A program made the translations under genes and the position numbers. The notes below the pieces were generated by a model. The model made no database searches and had not been told where the DNA came from. It worked only from the letters and a program-made list of their open reading frames with translations. From positions 10,281-74,280 of IMG/VR virus record IMGVR_UViG_3300043448_001007: a DNA stretch of 64,000 nucleotides; one strand, written 5' to 3'. Each line of letters opens with the position of its first letter. The first letter of the stretch is position 1. Below are positions 18,281 through 29,272 of this stretch, piece by piece. This DNA comes from a virus.

Positions 18281-20245
18281 ATGAGAGTTTTAGGACCCAA
18301 AGAATATTTAGAAAATCTAAAATATCAAAGAGTTAATGAAGAAGTTTTCCAAAATGATATTAGTTGGGGAGATTCATTGGTTGGTCGTATGTTTGCCTCT
18401 GTTGGTAGAAAAGTATCAGATACTTATAATAATAAAAAGATTGGTGATCTCTTAAAAAAGTTAGAAGATACAATAAATGTCGAAGCTTTAAAAACTGTTG
18501 AAAAGAATGTACCAGAAATAAAAGAATCATCTGATAAAGCTAAGCAGAAACCAATCATTGATAGATTGATAGGATATTTAGAAAAGGGTGATATTGAAGG
18601 TGTAAAAAGACTTTCAGAAAATGTGGAATTTGATAATGTTCTAAATAAACTAAATGATGATGATAGAAAATTTATAGAAAGCTTATTAGATGATAAAGTT
18701 GATAGTGAATCAGATACCTCTATTGGCAATATTGAAACTTCATTAAAAGATTTTAAGACTATTATCGATACTGTTGTTGTAGAGAGCTATTATGATTTTT
18801 CTGAATATTTTTCTATAAATGAGAGTATTAATAATTATGATCAATTTAAAGTTCTTATTAAAAGAGAAAAGGATTTAATGAAAAGAAATCTTAAAAGTAT
18901 TTTTATAGAAATTAAAAAGTTTTATAAAAATCCTAAATATACAATAATAGATTCCGCAAATTTTTTGACAAAAGGTGATAAATCTAAATTTGTTGATTTT
19001 AAGAAAGTTTCAGAAATATCTAAAGAGATATCAGATTTTCTTAAATTAGTTAAAGATGGTAGAATAAACATTAATGATCAAAATATAAAGGATAAAATAG
19101 TTAAGTTAAAATTGGATGAATCAATTCTTATTAAAGAAGAATTTCAATGGGATTCTAATAGGGCTAGTGGGGTAATATCCAACTTAAAAAAGATAGACAC
19201 TAAAGTAGATGTTGCTAGTTTATCAGAAAATGATGAAAAAATTGAAAATATTAAACAGTTTCCAATTGACTCTTTAAAAATAGTTCAGATATTTAAAGAT
19301 GCTTCTAGATTATTTATTAAACAAAGAATACCTTCTTCTAGATCAGATGGTAGAATATCAAATAGTAGAGCACAAGATTGGGAGAAAGTAGATAGAAACG
19401 GTGGTGTTGAAGGAGTTGATCCAAAAAATCCTGGATCTGGACCATTTAGAAGAATATCACTTTTTGATAAATGGAATGATGGTGTTTTGGATATTATCAA
19501 TAAATATGATAATATAATATCAAATGCTGTGATTAAAAAGAAAGATGGTAGTATTGCTAAGGATAAAGAAGGAGAGAATGTTAGTCCTTTAAAGAAATTT
19601 ATGATTGATAGTTTAGAAAAACCAGAACTACAAATTGGTGGATCTGCTCAATCAACATATTTAAGATCACACTTAGGTATGGATGAAAAGACAGCATCTT
19701 CTTTTTCTGAAGATGGTAAAAAGAGTTCAGGAAACAAATCTGATAATGAAACTAAATTAGATTCTAAATGGGAGTGGGTAGATTCTGAAATATCCAAAAC
19801 AGAACATAAGGGATTGTATAGGTTTTCTATTAGAAGTAATATCGAATTGGAAAAGGGTGATTTAAAAATTAAATTTCCACAATCTGATAGTATATATTTA
19901 TACATTTCAGGTAATAATGGAAAGAATAACAAAAACAACTACCCTTATTGGGGTATAATTTCTGATAGAGATGATTGGATTAAAATTGATGGATATTCTA
20001 TATCAAATAAAAATCCAGATACTAATATATATTATTGTGAAATTAATTTTGATAAAAAAGGAATTTCTTTAACAAATGTAACAGATATTTATTCGAGAGG
20101 TAGATTTGAAATACAAGAAAAAGTAAAAGATTTTAAATTTGAAATAAATAAAATTATAAAATTTAAAAGATATTTAAAAGATAAAAAGACATTTAATATT
20201 GATAATGATTTTACTAAAGGATGTAAAAAAGAACTACAAAAATAA
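18281..20245 (+). CDS. Hypothetical, probable virion-internal protein
   Basis: Late promoter at 18251-18259; candidate protease sites RVNE, SINE. Confidence 0.6.
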   Translation: MRVLGPKEYLENLKYQRVNEEVFQNDISWGDSLVGRMFASVGRKVSDTYNNKKIGDLLKKLEDTINVEALKTVEKNVPEIKESSDKAKQKPIIDRLIGYLEKGDIEGVKRLSENVEFDNVLNKLNDDDRKFIESLLDDKVDSESDTSIGNIETSLKDFKTIIDTVVVESYYDFSEYFSINESINNYDQFKVLIKREKDLMKRNLKSIFIEIKKFYKNPKYTIIDSANFLTKGDKSKFVDFKKVSEISKEISDFLKLVKDGRININDQNIKDKIVKLKLDESILIKEEFQWDSNRASGVISNLKKIDTKVDVASLSENDEKIENIKQFPIDSLKIVQIFKDASRLFIKQRIPSSRSDGRISNSRAQDWEKVDRNGGVEGVDPKNPGSGPFRRISLFDKWNDGVLDIINKYDNIISNAVIKKKDGSIAKDKEGENVSPLKKFMIDSLEKPELQIGGSAQSTYLRSHLGMDEKTASSFSEDGKKSSGNKSDNETKLDSKWEWVDSEISKTEHKGLYRFSIRSNIELEKGDLKIKFPQSDSIYLYISGNNGKNNKNNYPYWGIISDRDDWIKIDGYSISNKNPDTNIYYCEINFDKKGISLTNVTDIYSRGRFEIQEKVKDFKFEINKIIKFKRYLKDKKTFNIDNDFTKGCKKELQK

Positions 20246-20248
20246 AAT

Positions 20249-20280
20249 AAAAAATCCCATACAAAAATATGGGATTTTTT
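20249..20280 (+). terminator. Terminator-like hairpin
   Basis: AAAAAATCCCATA-CAAAAA-TATGGGATTTTTT. Confidence 0.7.
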
Positions 20281-20296
20281 ATTTAATATATAAATC

Positions 20297-20893
20297 ATGA
20301 AATATATCAAAGGATTTAAGTTGTTTAAAGAACAAACAGAACCAACAAAAAGTATGGAAGTTAATAATCAAAAAGTCGCCTTGGAAAAAAGGTGGAATGA
20401 TTATAAAAGTAAAAAGAGTCAAATCCCAACTAGAGTTGATAACTTTTTAAAAACCGGTGATATGCAATCTATAACTCTACAAAAGGATGATCTATCAAAA
20501 AGTCCATTTAAAGATTTGGTAACTAATGGTTCAGATCAAACAGTAAATGAGTTTATAATGTCATACCTTCTTTTTATTATTGAACAAAGAAAAAAATGGC
20601 AAGATACCTCCGAAAAAATAAAGAAAACAGAAACCGAGATTAAAACATTATCTGATTCTAAACCAACTGAAAAAGAAGAAATTGATGAAAATCAAAAGAA
20701 GATAAAAGGTCTTCAAGATCAATTAAGTACTTATCGACAATTACAAAATAATTATAATAAATCGGTAATGGATAAAGAAAAAGAATTGGAAAATATCTAT
20801 AACCAAGAAAAAAAAGAATTAGAAACTGAGTTTTCTGTTTCAAAAAATTTAGATAAGGCAGTGGAAGCTGAAAAAAATACCACACAAAGTTAG
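20297..20893 (+). CDS. Coiled-coil protein with 'MKYIKGFKLFKE' N-terminus
   Basis: Late promoter at 20284-20292. Confidence 0.7.
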   Translation: MKYIKGFKLFKEQTEPTKSMEVNNQKVALEKRWNDYKSKKSQIPTRVDNFLKTGDMQSITLQKDDLSKSPFKDLVTNGSDQTVNEFIMSYLLFIIEQRKKWQDTSEKIKKTETEIKTLSDSKPTEKEEIDENQKKIKGLQDQLSTYRQLQNNYNKSVMDKEKELENIYNQEKKELETEFSVSKNLDKAVEAEKNTTQS

Positions 20894-20969
20894 TAATTAT
20901 TGAAAAATGGAAAAAAATGGTTTTTTTTATTTTATATATAATAACGACACAAAAAATTATTAAAACAAT

Positions 20970-23900
20970 ATGACAATTCAAATTGGTAAATACAAAAGAC
21001 CAGGTATCTTCTTAGAAGAATTTGATAAATCACAAATTACTAGCCCTACTGTTGATGGGATTACAAACCTAGTTATTGGTGTATCTAAGAAAGGTCCTGT
21101 AAACACACCAATCCGTTTAACTAATACTGGGGATTTGGAAAGAATCTTTGGACAATTGGATAGACAATTGGAAAGAAAGGGATCATTCTTTCATAGAACA
21201 ATCTCGAAGATGTTGGAAGCTTCTCCTGTTTATGCTATTAACTTATTATTAACAGATGATAACTTAGACCAATTGGAATATCAAAATCTTTCTTCAGCTA
21301 CTTCTTATCAAAATGATGTTGAGAGATTAGCCCCATATAGAAGATTTTTTGATACTACTGGTTTCTGGAAAAGAGATACTGAATCTTTCATAAATATAAC
21401 TAAATCAAATGCTGGTTATGAACAAAGATTATTGAATTTCACAAATTTATCTGATAGATATGTAACTATATTCTGTTTCAAATCTAAAAAGGTAGGATTT
21501 GATAGATCGTTATTAGAGTGGTATGGTTCAATTGAGAAAATGCCTCCATATGTTTATCCAACAGATTTAGCATCAGATTATTTGGTCGATGTTTTAGTAG
21601 TGGCTGGTGATTTCTCTAATTATAAAGATTTATCAGTTGATCCTAGATATTCTAACTACTTCTCTGCAACTGGTTTGAGAAAAGAACAAGTTAGAAACTT
21701 CTCAAATGATAGAAATGTTACAACATTAGCAGCAGTTGAAGGTGTTTCTTTAATTCCATATTTCAGAGATGGTAATGGTGCTAATATATTCATTGAAACT
21801 GTTATCAATAGAGATACTGATAAACACGGTGTGTTCTGTGCTTTTAATATAGATTTATTTGAAACAGACTATCCAAAAGGATTAGTTGATTTAATTGGTA
21901 ATAACTTAGTTGGTGATTCATTAAATGTAAATCCTCCAACTAATGATGAAACATATTATGGTTCATTGGATGGATCTGATGGTTCAGCTGATGGTGAATT
22001 TAATGTTAATTTCTTATCTTATAAAGAAAATATTACCGAAACTACCGGATTTGAAAACAGATCTTTAGATAGACCTGGTAACGTAATTGCCCTTTTTGGT
22101 ACTCAATCTATGTTAGGACCAAATAATCATAACTTTAAAGATAATTTAATCAATCCAAATAAATTGGGTGGTTTCTTATCTGGATACTTAAATGATGGTA
22201 ATAGAACTTGGTGGTATAATGAAGGTTATGTAAATGATGTTTACAAAACTTCATTCACTGTAGCATCTCAAAGTTTATCAGTTGGTTATGCTGTTGACCA
22301 AACATCAAATAATGGTTATGCTGTTATTGGTGGTAACTTGGTTAATATTAGTGGCACATTCTCATTGAACTTATCAGCTACATCATTCCCAGTTACAGGT
22401 ATAACACAATCATATAGAGCAGCTTATGTATTAGATACAACTGGTAATGTTAAAGTTGTTCAAACAGTTACTCCAAACACACAACCAAATGTAGCATCTA
22501 CTGATATAGTATTTGGTTACGCATCATTTAGTGTTTGTAATGGTAATTTTGTGGGTGGTTCGATGACCGATGTTACTATTAATAGTAATACTGGTGGTGG
22601 TGAGTTAGCTTATATTCCACTTTCTTATGGTACTGATTATATCTTCTCAACTGCTTCTCAAGCAGCTGGATCATTTAAAGTTGAATACTTAGATACAAAT
22701 GAAAGTTTAAATTTAAGTAAATACGAAACTGCTAGAAAGATTAAACACTTTAACGCTATGTTAACATATATCAATACATCATCTACTTCTAAAGGTGTGA
22801 TGTTATTAGATCCTATGGTTGATACTGTTAAGTTATCAATGGCTAGTATAGTTGTTAAAGATATTGTAACTTCAACAACACAAAATAAATCATTTGTAAT
22901 TGCTACAACTCCAAATACAAATAATACAGTTAATAGTTATGTACAAGATGACTATGTTGAGAATTATTTCTTAGACTCATCTGATATACAAAATATCGTT
23001 GATTCTGGTGTATTAGCATTCTATAAATTAGATGATGAACAATTGATTGGTAAAAATGGTGTTGTAACTAAAAATGAAATACCAGATGCTGGTGATATAG
23101 GTGTTGCAGCTAAATATTCTACATTATATTCTAAATATAATGATGGTTTGATTAATAGTGGTGATGTTATTTATCAAAAAACAAACTACTCTCCAGTTCA
23201 AGCTATATTTGTACCGGGTGAATCAGCTACTGCTTCTATAGCAGGGTATGATTACATTGTATTTAAAGTTAGTCAAACAGATGGAATGCAATCATTTAAT
23301 AATGGATATTTTAATGAAGTTAATAACTTATCTGGATATCAATTCTTAATAAAAGGTGTTAGTAATACTGGTGTATTTACAACAAAAGTTGATGAAGGTT
23401 TAACACCAGCTAATACTGGTTTCCCTTACCAACCAACAACTGCTGGTGGTGATGCATTAACTGGTAGAGCTTTCCAATTAGCAACCGCTTCTAATGGAGT
23501 TTATGACTTCTTTGATAATACAGATTATAAATATTTCGCTTATGAAGTAGCTCAAAATACTTCAGAAGAAACATTGGATGTATTAAATCTATTTGCTTAT
23601 AGTCCAAACTTTGACGATGCTCCGGCTTATATTGAAGTTTATATTGATAGTGAATTGAATCTAAGAATGTCCTTCAAGGATTATTTATTAACAGCTCCTC
23701 AACCATTAGCTAGTATCGATATTGCTGGTAACGGGTTGGCATCTAATAATAGAATCTATGTTAGTTCATTTGATTCAAATTATAAACAAGCAATTGAAAT
23801 TGAACAACCAGCTAATTGGATCCCAGTAGCTAATAAAATATTAGTTAGAGGAAGTAGATATACGGAAATTAAAACTGGTGATTACTTGGAAGCTGATTAT

Positions 23901-25130
23901 GATGTAAATTCTTTAATGCCAGATCAAATGCCGAAGAAATTAACAAGAATACTTTCTAAAAAGGTATGGAGTGGTGATTCTTCATTGGTTGAAATAACTT
24001 GTGATGCTACTATTAAAGTTACTGATTTTAATGGTGATAAACAAACTTTCAGATATTCAACATTTGATAATTATGTAACAACTTACAAAGCTATTAGCCT
24101 TAAAGGATTTAGAATTCGTCAAGAATCTTTACCAGATGGTACTGAAGAAAAACAAAATGATATCCTTAATTTAACAGCTAAAGGAACTCCAATGTTCCAC
24201 GCTTTAACTAACAAGGAAGCATTCGATTTCAGATACTTAATTGATGGATTTGGTTTAGGATTGACCGAAAGATCAAAACAACAATTAGTTGATATTTGTG
24301 GAGAAAGATTAGATTGTTTTGGTATATTAAATATGCCAAGTATGAAACAATTTAAAAATTCAAGTTCACCTTCATTTGTTAATGAAGAAGGAGTATTACA
24401 ACTTGAATATGTTGCCGCTGGTGGAAATATTGAAGCTAACCCAGCCTTCTTATATTCATTTGGTGATGGAAAAGGAGTTTCTGCAACTGGTTACTTTACT
24501 CCATATGTAACTGTAAATGATAATGGTAGACCAGTTGATGTTCCGCCATCTGCCTATATCGGTATTACATATATGAGAAAACATAACTCAACCAACTCAA
24601 ATATTGTTCCTTGGACAATTGCGGCTGGTATAACTAATGGTAAGGTAACAAATATTGCTGGTATCGAAATGGATTTCACCCCACAAGATATTGAATATTT
24701 AAATCAAGCTCAAATGAATCCTATTACATTCAAACGTAATAGAGGTTATATGATAGAAACTGAAAATACTGCTCAAGTATTATACAAATCAGCTCTTTCT
24801 TATATCCACGTTAGAGAAGTATTAATTGAATTAGAAAGAGAATTAGCAGCAATGTTACTTGATTTCCAATGGAAATTTAATACTCCAGAAATCAGAGCTG
24901 AAATTAAATTAAGAGCTGATGTTATTTGTGAGAAATATGTTTCTCGTCAAGGTTTATTCAACTACTTTAACAAGTGTGATGAAGAAAACAATACTCAAGA
25001 AATCATCGATAACCAAATTGGTGTTTTGGACACGTTTGTGGAACCAATTCGCGGAATGGGTATCATCGTGAACAACGTAACAATCCTAAGAACTGGTTCA
25101 ATTCAGTCTGGTGGATTTATCACAGACTAA
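20970..25130 (+). CDS. gp18: Tail sheath protein (gp18-like) with large insertions
   Basis: N-terminal PGIFLEEFD and GVSKKGPVNTP; C-terminal VPPSAY, PWTIAAG, NPI, HVRE, CDEENNT..IID...VEP. Confidence 0.92.
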   Translation: MTIQIGKYKRPGIFLEEFDKSQITSPTVDGITNLVIGVSKKGPVNTPIRLTNTGDLERIFGQLDRQLERKGSFFHRTISKMLEASPVYAINLLLTDDNLDQLEYQNLSSATSYQNDVERLAPYRRFFDTTGFWKRDTESFINITKSNAGYEQRLLNFTNLSDRYVTIFCFKSKKVGFDRSLLEWYGSIEKMPPYVYPTDLASDYLVDVLVVAGDFSNYKDLSVDPRYSNYFSATGLRKEQVRNFSNDRNVTTLAAVEGVSLIPYFRDGNGANIFIETVINRDTDKHGVFCAFNIDLFETDYPKGLVDLIGNNLVGDSLNVNPPTNDETYYGSLDGSDGSADGEFNVNFLSYKENITETTGFENRSLDRPGNVIALFGTQSMLGPNNHNFKDNLINPNKLGGFLSGYLNDGNRTWWYNEGYVNDVYKTSFTVASQSLSVGYAVDQTSNNGYAVIGGNLVNISGTFSLNLSATSFPVTGITQSYRAAYVLDTTGNVKVVQTVTPNTQPNVASTDIVFGYASFSVCNGNFVGGSMTDVTINSNTGGGELAYIPLSYGTDYIFSTASQAAGSFKVEYLDTNESLNLSKYETARKIKHFNAMLTYINTSSTSKGVMLLDPMVDTVKLSMASIVVKDIVTSTTQNKSFVIATTPNTNNTVNSYVQDDYVENYFLDSSDIQNIVDSGVLAFYKLDDEQLIGKNGVVTKNEIPDAGDIGVAAKYSTLYSKYNDGLINSGDVIYQKTNYSPVQAIFVPGESATASIAGYDYIVFKVSQTDGMQSFNNGYFNEVNNLSGYQFLIKGVSNTGVFTTKVDEGLTPANTGFPYQPTTAGGDALTGRAFQLATASNGVYDFFDNTDYKYFAYEVAQNTSEETLDVLNLFAYSPNFDDAPAYIEVYIDSELNLRMSFKDYLLTAPQPLASIDIAGNGLASNNRIYVSSFDSNYKQAIEIEQPANWIPVANKILVRGSRYTEIKTGDYLEADYDVNSLMPDQMPKKLTRILSKKVWSGDSSLVEITCDATIKVTDFNGDKQTFRYSTFDNYVTTYKAISLKGFRIRQESLPDGTEEKQNDILNLTAKGTPMFHALTNKEAFDFRYLIDGFGLGLTERSKQQLVDICGERLDCFGILNMPSMKQFKNSSSPSFVNEEGVLQLEYVAAGGNIEANPAFLYSFGDGKGVSATGYFTPYVTVNDNGRPVDVPPSAYIGITYMRKHNSTNSNIVPWTIAAGITNGKVTNIAGIEMDFTPQDIEYLNQAQMNPITFKRNRGYMIETENTAQVLYKSALSYIHVREVLIELERELAAMLLDFQWKFNTPEIRAEIKLRADVICEKYVSRQGLFNYFNKCDEENNTQEIIDNQIGVLDTFVEPIRGMGIIVNNVTILRTGSIQSGGFITD

Positions 25131-25150
25131 TTTTAATTAGAATAAAATTT

Positions 25151-25179
25151 AAAAACCCTCAAGAAATTGAGGGTTTTTT
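25151..25179 (+). terminator. Terminator
   Basis: AAAAACCCTCAA-GAAA-TTGAGGGTTTTTT. Confidence 0.85.
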
Positions 25180-25224
25180 ATTAAACAAAGATAGGTGTGT
25201 TTAATATATATGTAAAAACAACTA

Positions 25225-26910
25225 TTGTATATGAATTTAAATATATTCAAAGAACCAGATCCATCTGGTAGAATGTCAAAGGAATCATATGTTTCTAAGA
25301 CATATACAGAAGAATATAAGGTAATAATTGATTATTGTAACTCTAATAATATTATGGATATACCATTTAAAGAGAAGGTATATTTATTTCTAAATAGTTT
25401 AAATTCCACTCCTTTATGTAAAAATCCAAATTGTGATAATAAAGTTAATTATATTAATAGTACATTGGGATATAGAGAATATTGTTCCAATAAATGCATT
25501 GGTAGTGATCCAAATATTCAAAAAATAAAGGAAGAAAAATCAATATTAAAGTTTGGAACAAAAACTCCGGCTGAATCAAAACAAATCAAAGAAAAAATTA
25601 TTAAAACAAATCAAGAAAGATATGGTGGTAATTCACCACAATCTAACACAGATATTAGGAATAAATCAAAAGAAACTCTATTAAAAAATTGGGGAGTTGA
25701 TAATCCTGGTAAGAACGAAACTATTCTCAAAAAAAGAATTGAATCTTTTAAAAAAAGTGATTATAAAGAAAATTTTAAGAAAACATCAGTTGAGAAATAT
25801 GGAGTTGAACATCCTTGGATGAATAAAGAAATTCATAATAAATCAATAAATAAATCAATTTTAACTAAGAATAAAAAGATATCTAATATAATAGAAAATA
25901 AATTAACAAATACTAACTATAATTTGATATCTATTGATTATGATAAATTTAAAAGAGAGATACAGATTTCGTGTGTAGATTGTGGATCTAATTTCAAGAT
26001 AAATCGTGAAGACTTCCATCATCGTTTTAAAAGTAAAACAACTATATGTACAAATTGTAATCCAATTAATAGTAGTAAATCTGGATCAGAGATGGAACTT
26101 GTTAAGTTTATATCAAGTGTTTATAATAAGACTATTATTACTAATAGGAAAATTATATATCCATACGAATTGGATATATACTTACCAGATGATGACTTAG
26201 CTTTTGAATTTAATGGTTTATATTGGCATTCAGAAGATCAAAAGGGTAAAAATTATCATTATATTAAAACTAAAAAATGTGAAGAGTCTGGGATAGAATT
26301 AACACATATTTGGGAAGATGATTGGGTTTATAACAATGATATTATCAAGTCTATTATTTTGAATAAACTATCACTTACTAAAAATAAAATATTTGCTAGA
26401 AAATGTATTATTTCAGATGTATCAATTAAAGAATCCTCTAAATTTTTAGAAGAAAATCATATTTTAGGAAATTGTAAATCTAATATTAAAATAGGTTTAT
26501 ATCATAATAATATTTTAATATCTTTAATGTGTTTCTCCAAAAATAAAGGAGATTTTGAGTTGGTTAGATTTTGTAATTTATTAAATACCAATGTTATTGG
26601 TGGTGCTTCTAGGATCTTTAAATATTTTATCAATAAATATAAACCGGTGAAGATTACCAGCTATTCTGATAACTCTATGTTTACCGGTGATTTATATGAG
26701 AAATTGGGATTTGAATTTATAAATGAAACTAAAATAAATTATAAGTGGGTTCTTAATAAAAAAAGATGTCATAAATCAAATTATAGAAAGGATCGATTGG
26801 TTAAAGATGGATACGATCCTAGTAAAAGTGAATCGGATATAATGATTGAGGATGTTGGTTCTTATAAAGTTTGGGATTGTGGATTAAAGAAATGGGTTTA
26901 CAAAACTTAA
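25225..26910 (+). CDS. Hef-like homing endonuclease (KYGV repeats, Zn ribbons, PD-(D/E)xK-like core)
   Basis: ELDIYLP...AFEFNGLYWHS...HIWEDDW...FARKC...RFC...GGAS...WDCG; likely start ATG 25231. Confidence 0.75.
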   Translation: MYMNLNIFKEPDPSGRMSKESYVSKTYTEEYKVIIDYCNSNNIMDIPFKEKVYLFLNSLNSTPLCKNPNCDNKVNYINSTLGYREYCSNKCIGSDPNIQKIKEEKSILKFGTKTPAESKQIKEKIIKTNQERYGGNSPQSNTDIRNKSKETLLKNWGVDNPGKNETILKKRIESFKKSDYKENFKKTSVEKYGVEHPWMNKEIHNKSINKSILTKNKKISNIIENKLTNTNYNLISIDYDKFKREIQISCVDCGSNFKINREDFHHRFKSKTTICTNCNPINSSKSGSEMELVKFISSVYNKTIITNRKIIYPYELDIYLPDDDLAFEFNGLYWHSEDQKGKNYHYIKTKKCEESGIELTHIWEDDWVYNNDIIKSIILNKLSLTKNKIFARKCIISDVSIKESSKFLEENHILGNCKSNIKIGLYHNNILISLMCFSKNKGDFELVRFCNLLNTNVIGGASRIFKYFINKYKPVKITSYSDNSMFTGDLYEKLGFEFINETKINYKWVLNKKRCHKSNYRKDRLVKDGYDPSKSESDIMIEDVGSYKVWDCGLKKWVYKT

Positions 26911-27242
26911 TCTAAAATAGATATTAATTTAATTTCTCGATCTATTTGAATATAATCAATTTTATTATAGATAATTGACTTAATTAGATCAATATATTTT
27001 TCAACCTCTGGGGTGGATTCTATTTCTAAACTATGTATGTTGATTCTCAAATGTATATCACCACTTTCTATATGGTGGAAAATAACATCAACACAACCAG
27101 GATTTAAATGTCTATTATAACCATCTTCATCGGTAAAGGCAAAATCACAAAATAAACTAATTTTATTTAGGAGGTATGTTATCTTTCTAAATGTTGATAA
27201 TTTGAAGTTTTTATCATTTTCGTTGAAAATTGAATGTATCAT
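26907..27242 (-). CDS. Hypothetical protein ending 'DREIKLISILD'
   Basis: ORF; late promoter at 27285-27293 (minus). Confidence 0.6.
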   Translation of the reverse strand: MIHSIFNENDKNFKLSTFRKITYLLNKISLFCDFAFTDEDGYNRHLNPGCVDVIFHHIESGDIHLRINIHSLEIESTPEVEKYIDLIKSIIYNKIDYIQIDREIKLISILD

Positions 27243-27298
27243 AAACCTTTTACTAATTTAAATAATGGATAAGTCATCTAATTCTATATATTAAATAT

Positions 27299-27808
27299 TT
27301 AACTTATTTTATTAAATATTAGTTTACAAGATAGATTATGGGCAATTTTTCTGATTAAACTTTCATTTGCTTTTGTATTGTGTAATAGTTTGGGTTTTTT
27401 AATCACTTCAAATGATAAATCGTCATTAATATAAATGAGTCCGGCATAGTCTGGGACCTCCTCAACTTGTATAAGATCTTTAATAGTTACAAAGGTAAAA
27501 TAATTGGGTAGTAAGTATTCCAACTCACCCTTTCTACTTTGAGTAAATTTTTCATTAATAATTAGAGTATGTTTTTCTTTAATGAAATCTTTTTTATAAT
27601 CAGATCTACTTATTTTTATTTCATATTCATAGATATAATCAGATTTAGATATGGATATAACATCACATTCACTTAAACCCATTCCAGTAAATTTGGTGGT
27701 GATGGGTGAGTGTGATTTTTCATATAGATACATACATAAAGCAGATTCTATATTTTTTGATTTGGAGTTATCTCTTTTAATTTTATTGATTGATGATTTT
27801 CTAGACAT
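27299..27808 (-). CDS. PD-(D/E)xK nuclease, MmcB-like
   Basis: ECDV...EYEIKISRSDYKKD...EVPDYAGLIY. Confidence 0.65.
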   Translation of the reverse strand: MSRKSSINKIKRDNSKSKNIESALCMYLYEKSHSPITTKFTGMGLSECDVISISKSDYIYEYEIKISRSDYKKDFIKEKHTLIINEKFTQSRKGELEYLLPNYFTFVTIKDLIQVEEVPDYAGLIYINDDLSFEVIKKPKLLHNTKANESLIRKIAHNLSCKLIFNKIS

Positions 27809-27830
27809 TTTATTAATTATTTTATTAATA

Positions 27831-27853
27831 AAAAATCCTCCGAAGAGGATTTT
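27831..27853 (-). terminator. Terminator
   Basis: AAAATCCTC-CGAA-GAGGATTTT (TTCG loop on minus strand). Confidence 0.8.
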
Positions 27854-27854
27854 A

Positions 27855-28103
27855 TTATTTAAATTTACTTGCTATACTTCCCATATCTTTCATATACGAT
27901 CCTGGATTGAAGTTAGGCATTGTTGATTTTTGTTTCTCCTCTTCTGATTTTCTTTGTTTTTCCTCTTCATCTGTTAGTTCATTAACAATACTGATATTTT
28001 CCTCAAACATCCAATATGGCCAGTCATCGATTGATTTCTCATTAACATGGTAATGTTTTTGAAGAAGAAGTTTATTTTTTAATAAAGGTCTCAAAGGCAT
28101 CAT
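27855..28103 (-). CDS. Baseplate hub assembly chaperone (gp51-like)
   Basis: MMPLRPLLKNKLLLQKHYH...IDDWPYWMFE resembles gp51 'LM.HH..S..EIE.M.PWE'; follows the gp26-like gene. Confidence 0.55.
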   Translation of the reverse strand: MMPLRPLLKNKLLLQKHYHVNEKSIDDWPYWMFEENISIVNELTDEEEKQRKSEEEKQKSTMPNFNPGSYMKDMGSIASKFK

Positions 28104-29004
28104 GAATAACGAAAATACCTGACGCTCCGTTGGGAAACTGCATATCTGCGCGGACCTCCAGGCCACACGAACCACAATTTTTAACCAACTCTTTAATACC
28201 AAATGTCATTTTACTGACAGCACTATTTAAAAATTGAAAAGAAATATCGTCCATGTTTTCAAAATCAACCAATTTAGCTTTAATTCCTTCGTTAGTGATA
28301 TTATTTCTACCTTCTAACATAAATGGAATGATTTTTAAAAAAGCCATATTAGGTTTTGATTTTTCAGCATTTTCCTTAATTATATAATCCGTAAAAGATT
28401 TCTGTAAACCAATAGTTGGTGGAGTTAACGAGAATTCTTTATTATTGGTTGTTTTGAAGTAAAATGAGTTTGTTTTTTTATCATAAAAATCATTTAACCT
28501 CTCATCTAAAACATGGAATCTAAAATTAGCTCTTTTTAGTTCTATCTCACAATCTTGACCACAAGTACATTTGGCTTTAACTCCTAAAGAAGAACCATTT
28601 TGAAATGTTAATTCTCGGATCATAAATATTAAAAATAGTCTGTCTTGATCTTTGATATCTAAAAATGTGCCCATTTTTCCATCTGGAAATTTAATTCTAG
28701 CACAAGAAGCCAACATATCATTCATCTTTTCTATCACATCGTAAAAATTATTATCATCTACCATTGAATAAGATTGAATCTCCTTAACTTGAGCGGCTCT
28801 TATTAAAAGAGTTGTTCCATTTGGATAAAATTGACCACAGGGTAGTTGACGAATATCAACACTCATATATTGAAGATCGGTGGTTCTGGTATTAGATGGA
28901 CCACTCTCAATCACTTGATACATATCACGATCATTTTTATTTTCATTTTGCATCAGATGTTGTTTTAAATAATCCTCTTCTGACATTTCTTTTTTACTAC
29001 TCAT
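28072..29004 (-). CDS. Baseplate hub subunit (gp26-like)
   Basis: LPCGQFY...IRAAQVKE, DRLFLIFMIRE, CxC and CxxC motifs, PPTIG. Confidence 0.65.
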   Translation of the reverse strand: MSSKKEMSEEDYLKQHLMQNENKNDRDMYQVIESGPSNTRTTDLQYMSVDIRQLPCGQFYPNGTTLLIRAAQVKEIQSYSMVDDNNFYDVIEKMNDMLASCARIKFPDGKMGTFLDIKDQDRLFLIFMIRELTFQNGSSLGVKAKCTCGQDCEIELKRANFRFHVLDERLNDFYDKKTNSFYFKTTNNKEFSLTPPTIGLQKSFTDYIIKENAEKSKPNMAFLKIIPFMLEGRNNITNEGIKAKLVDFENMDDISFQFLNSAVSKMTFGIKELVKNCGSCGLEVRADMQFPNGASGIFVIHDAFETFIKK

Positions 29005-29025
29005 AAAGTATGTTTATTTTTTATT

Positions 29026-29175
29026 TTATATATTCGTTTTTACTTTTTTCCTCTTTTTATTTCTTTCCCTTTGTCGATATTTCTTCTCATTTCTTCGACA
29101 TTTTTCTTGACAGTAAACTTTATCTGAACGACCCTCACCAACATCATTGCAACAATTTCTATACTGACATTTCAT
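29026..29175 (-). CDS. 49-aa basic zinc-finger protein (not in ORF track)
   Basis: MKCQYRNCCNDVGEGRSDKVYCQEKCRRNEKKYRQRERNKKRKKVKTNI: C-x4-C...GRxDKxYC-x3-CR. Confidence 0.7.
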   Translation of the reverse strand: MKCQYRNCCNDVGEGRSDKVYCQEKCRRNEKKYRQRERNKKRKKVKTNI

Positions 29176-29272
29176 TCTATTTACTTTTTTAAGTATATAG
29201 TAATCAATTCGTCCTCCCTCTTTAACATTTTTAATAATTTAAATTTAATATATAAGAAAAATAGAAATTTTT

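Noticed and set aside
29010-29192. Plus-strand 60-aa Phe-rich ORF
   Set aside because: Antisense shadow of the zinc-finger ORF 29026..29175 (minus).
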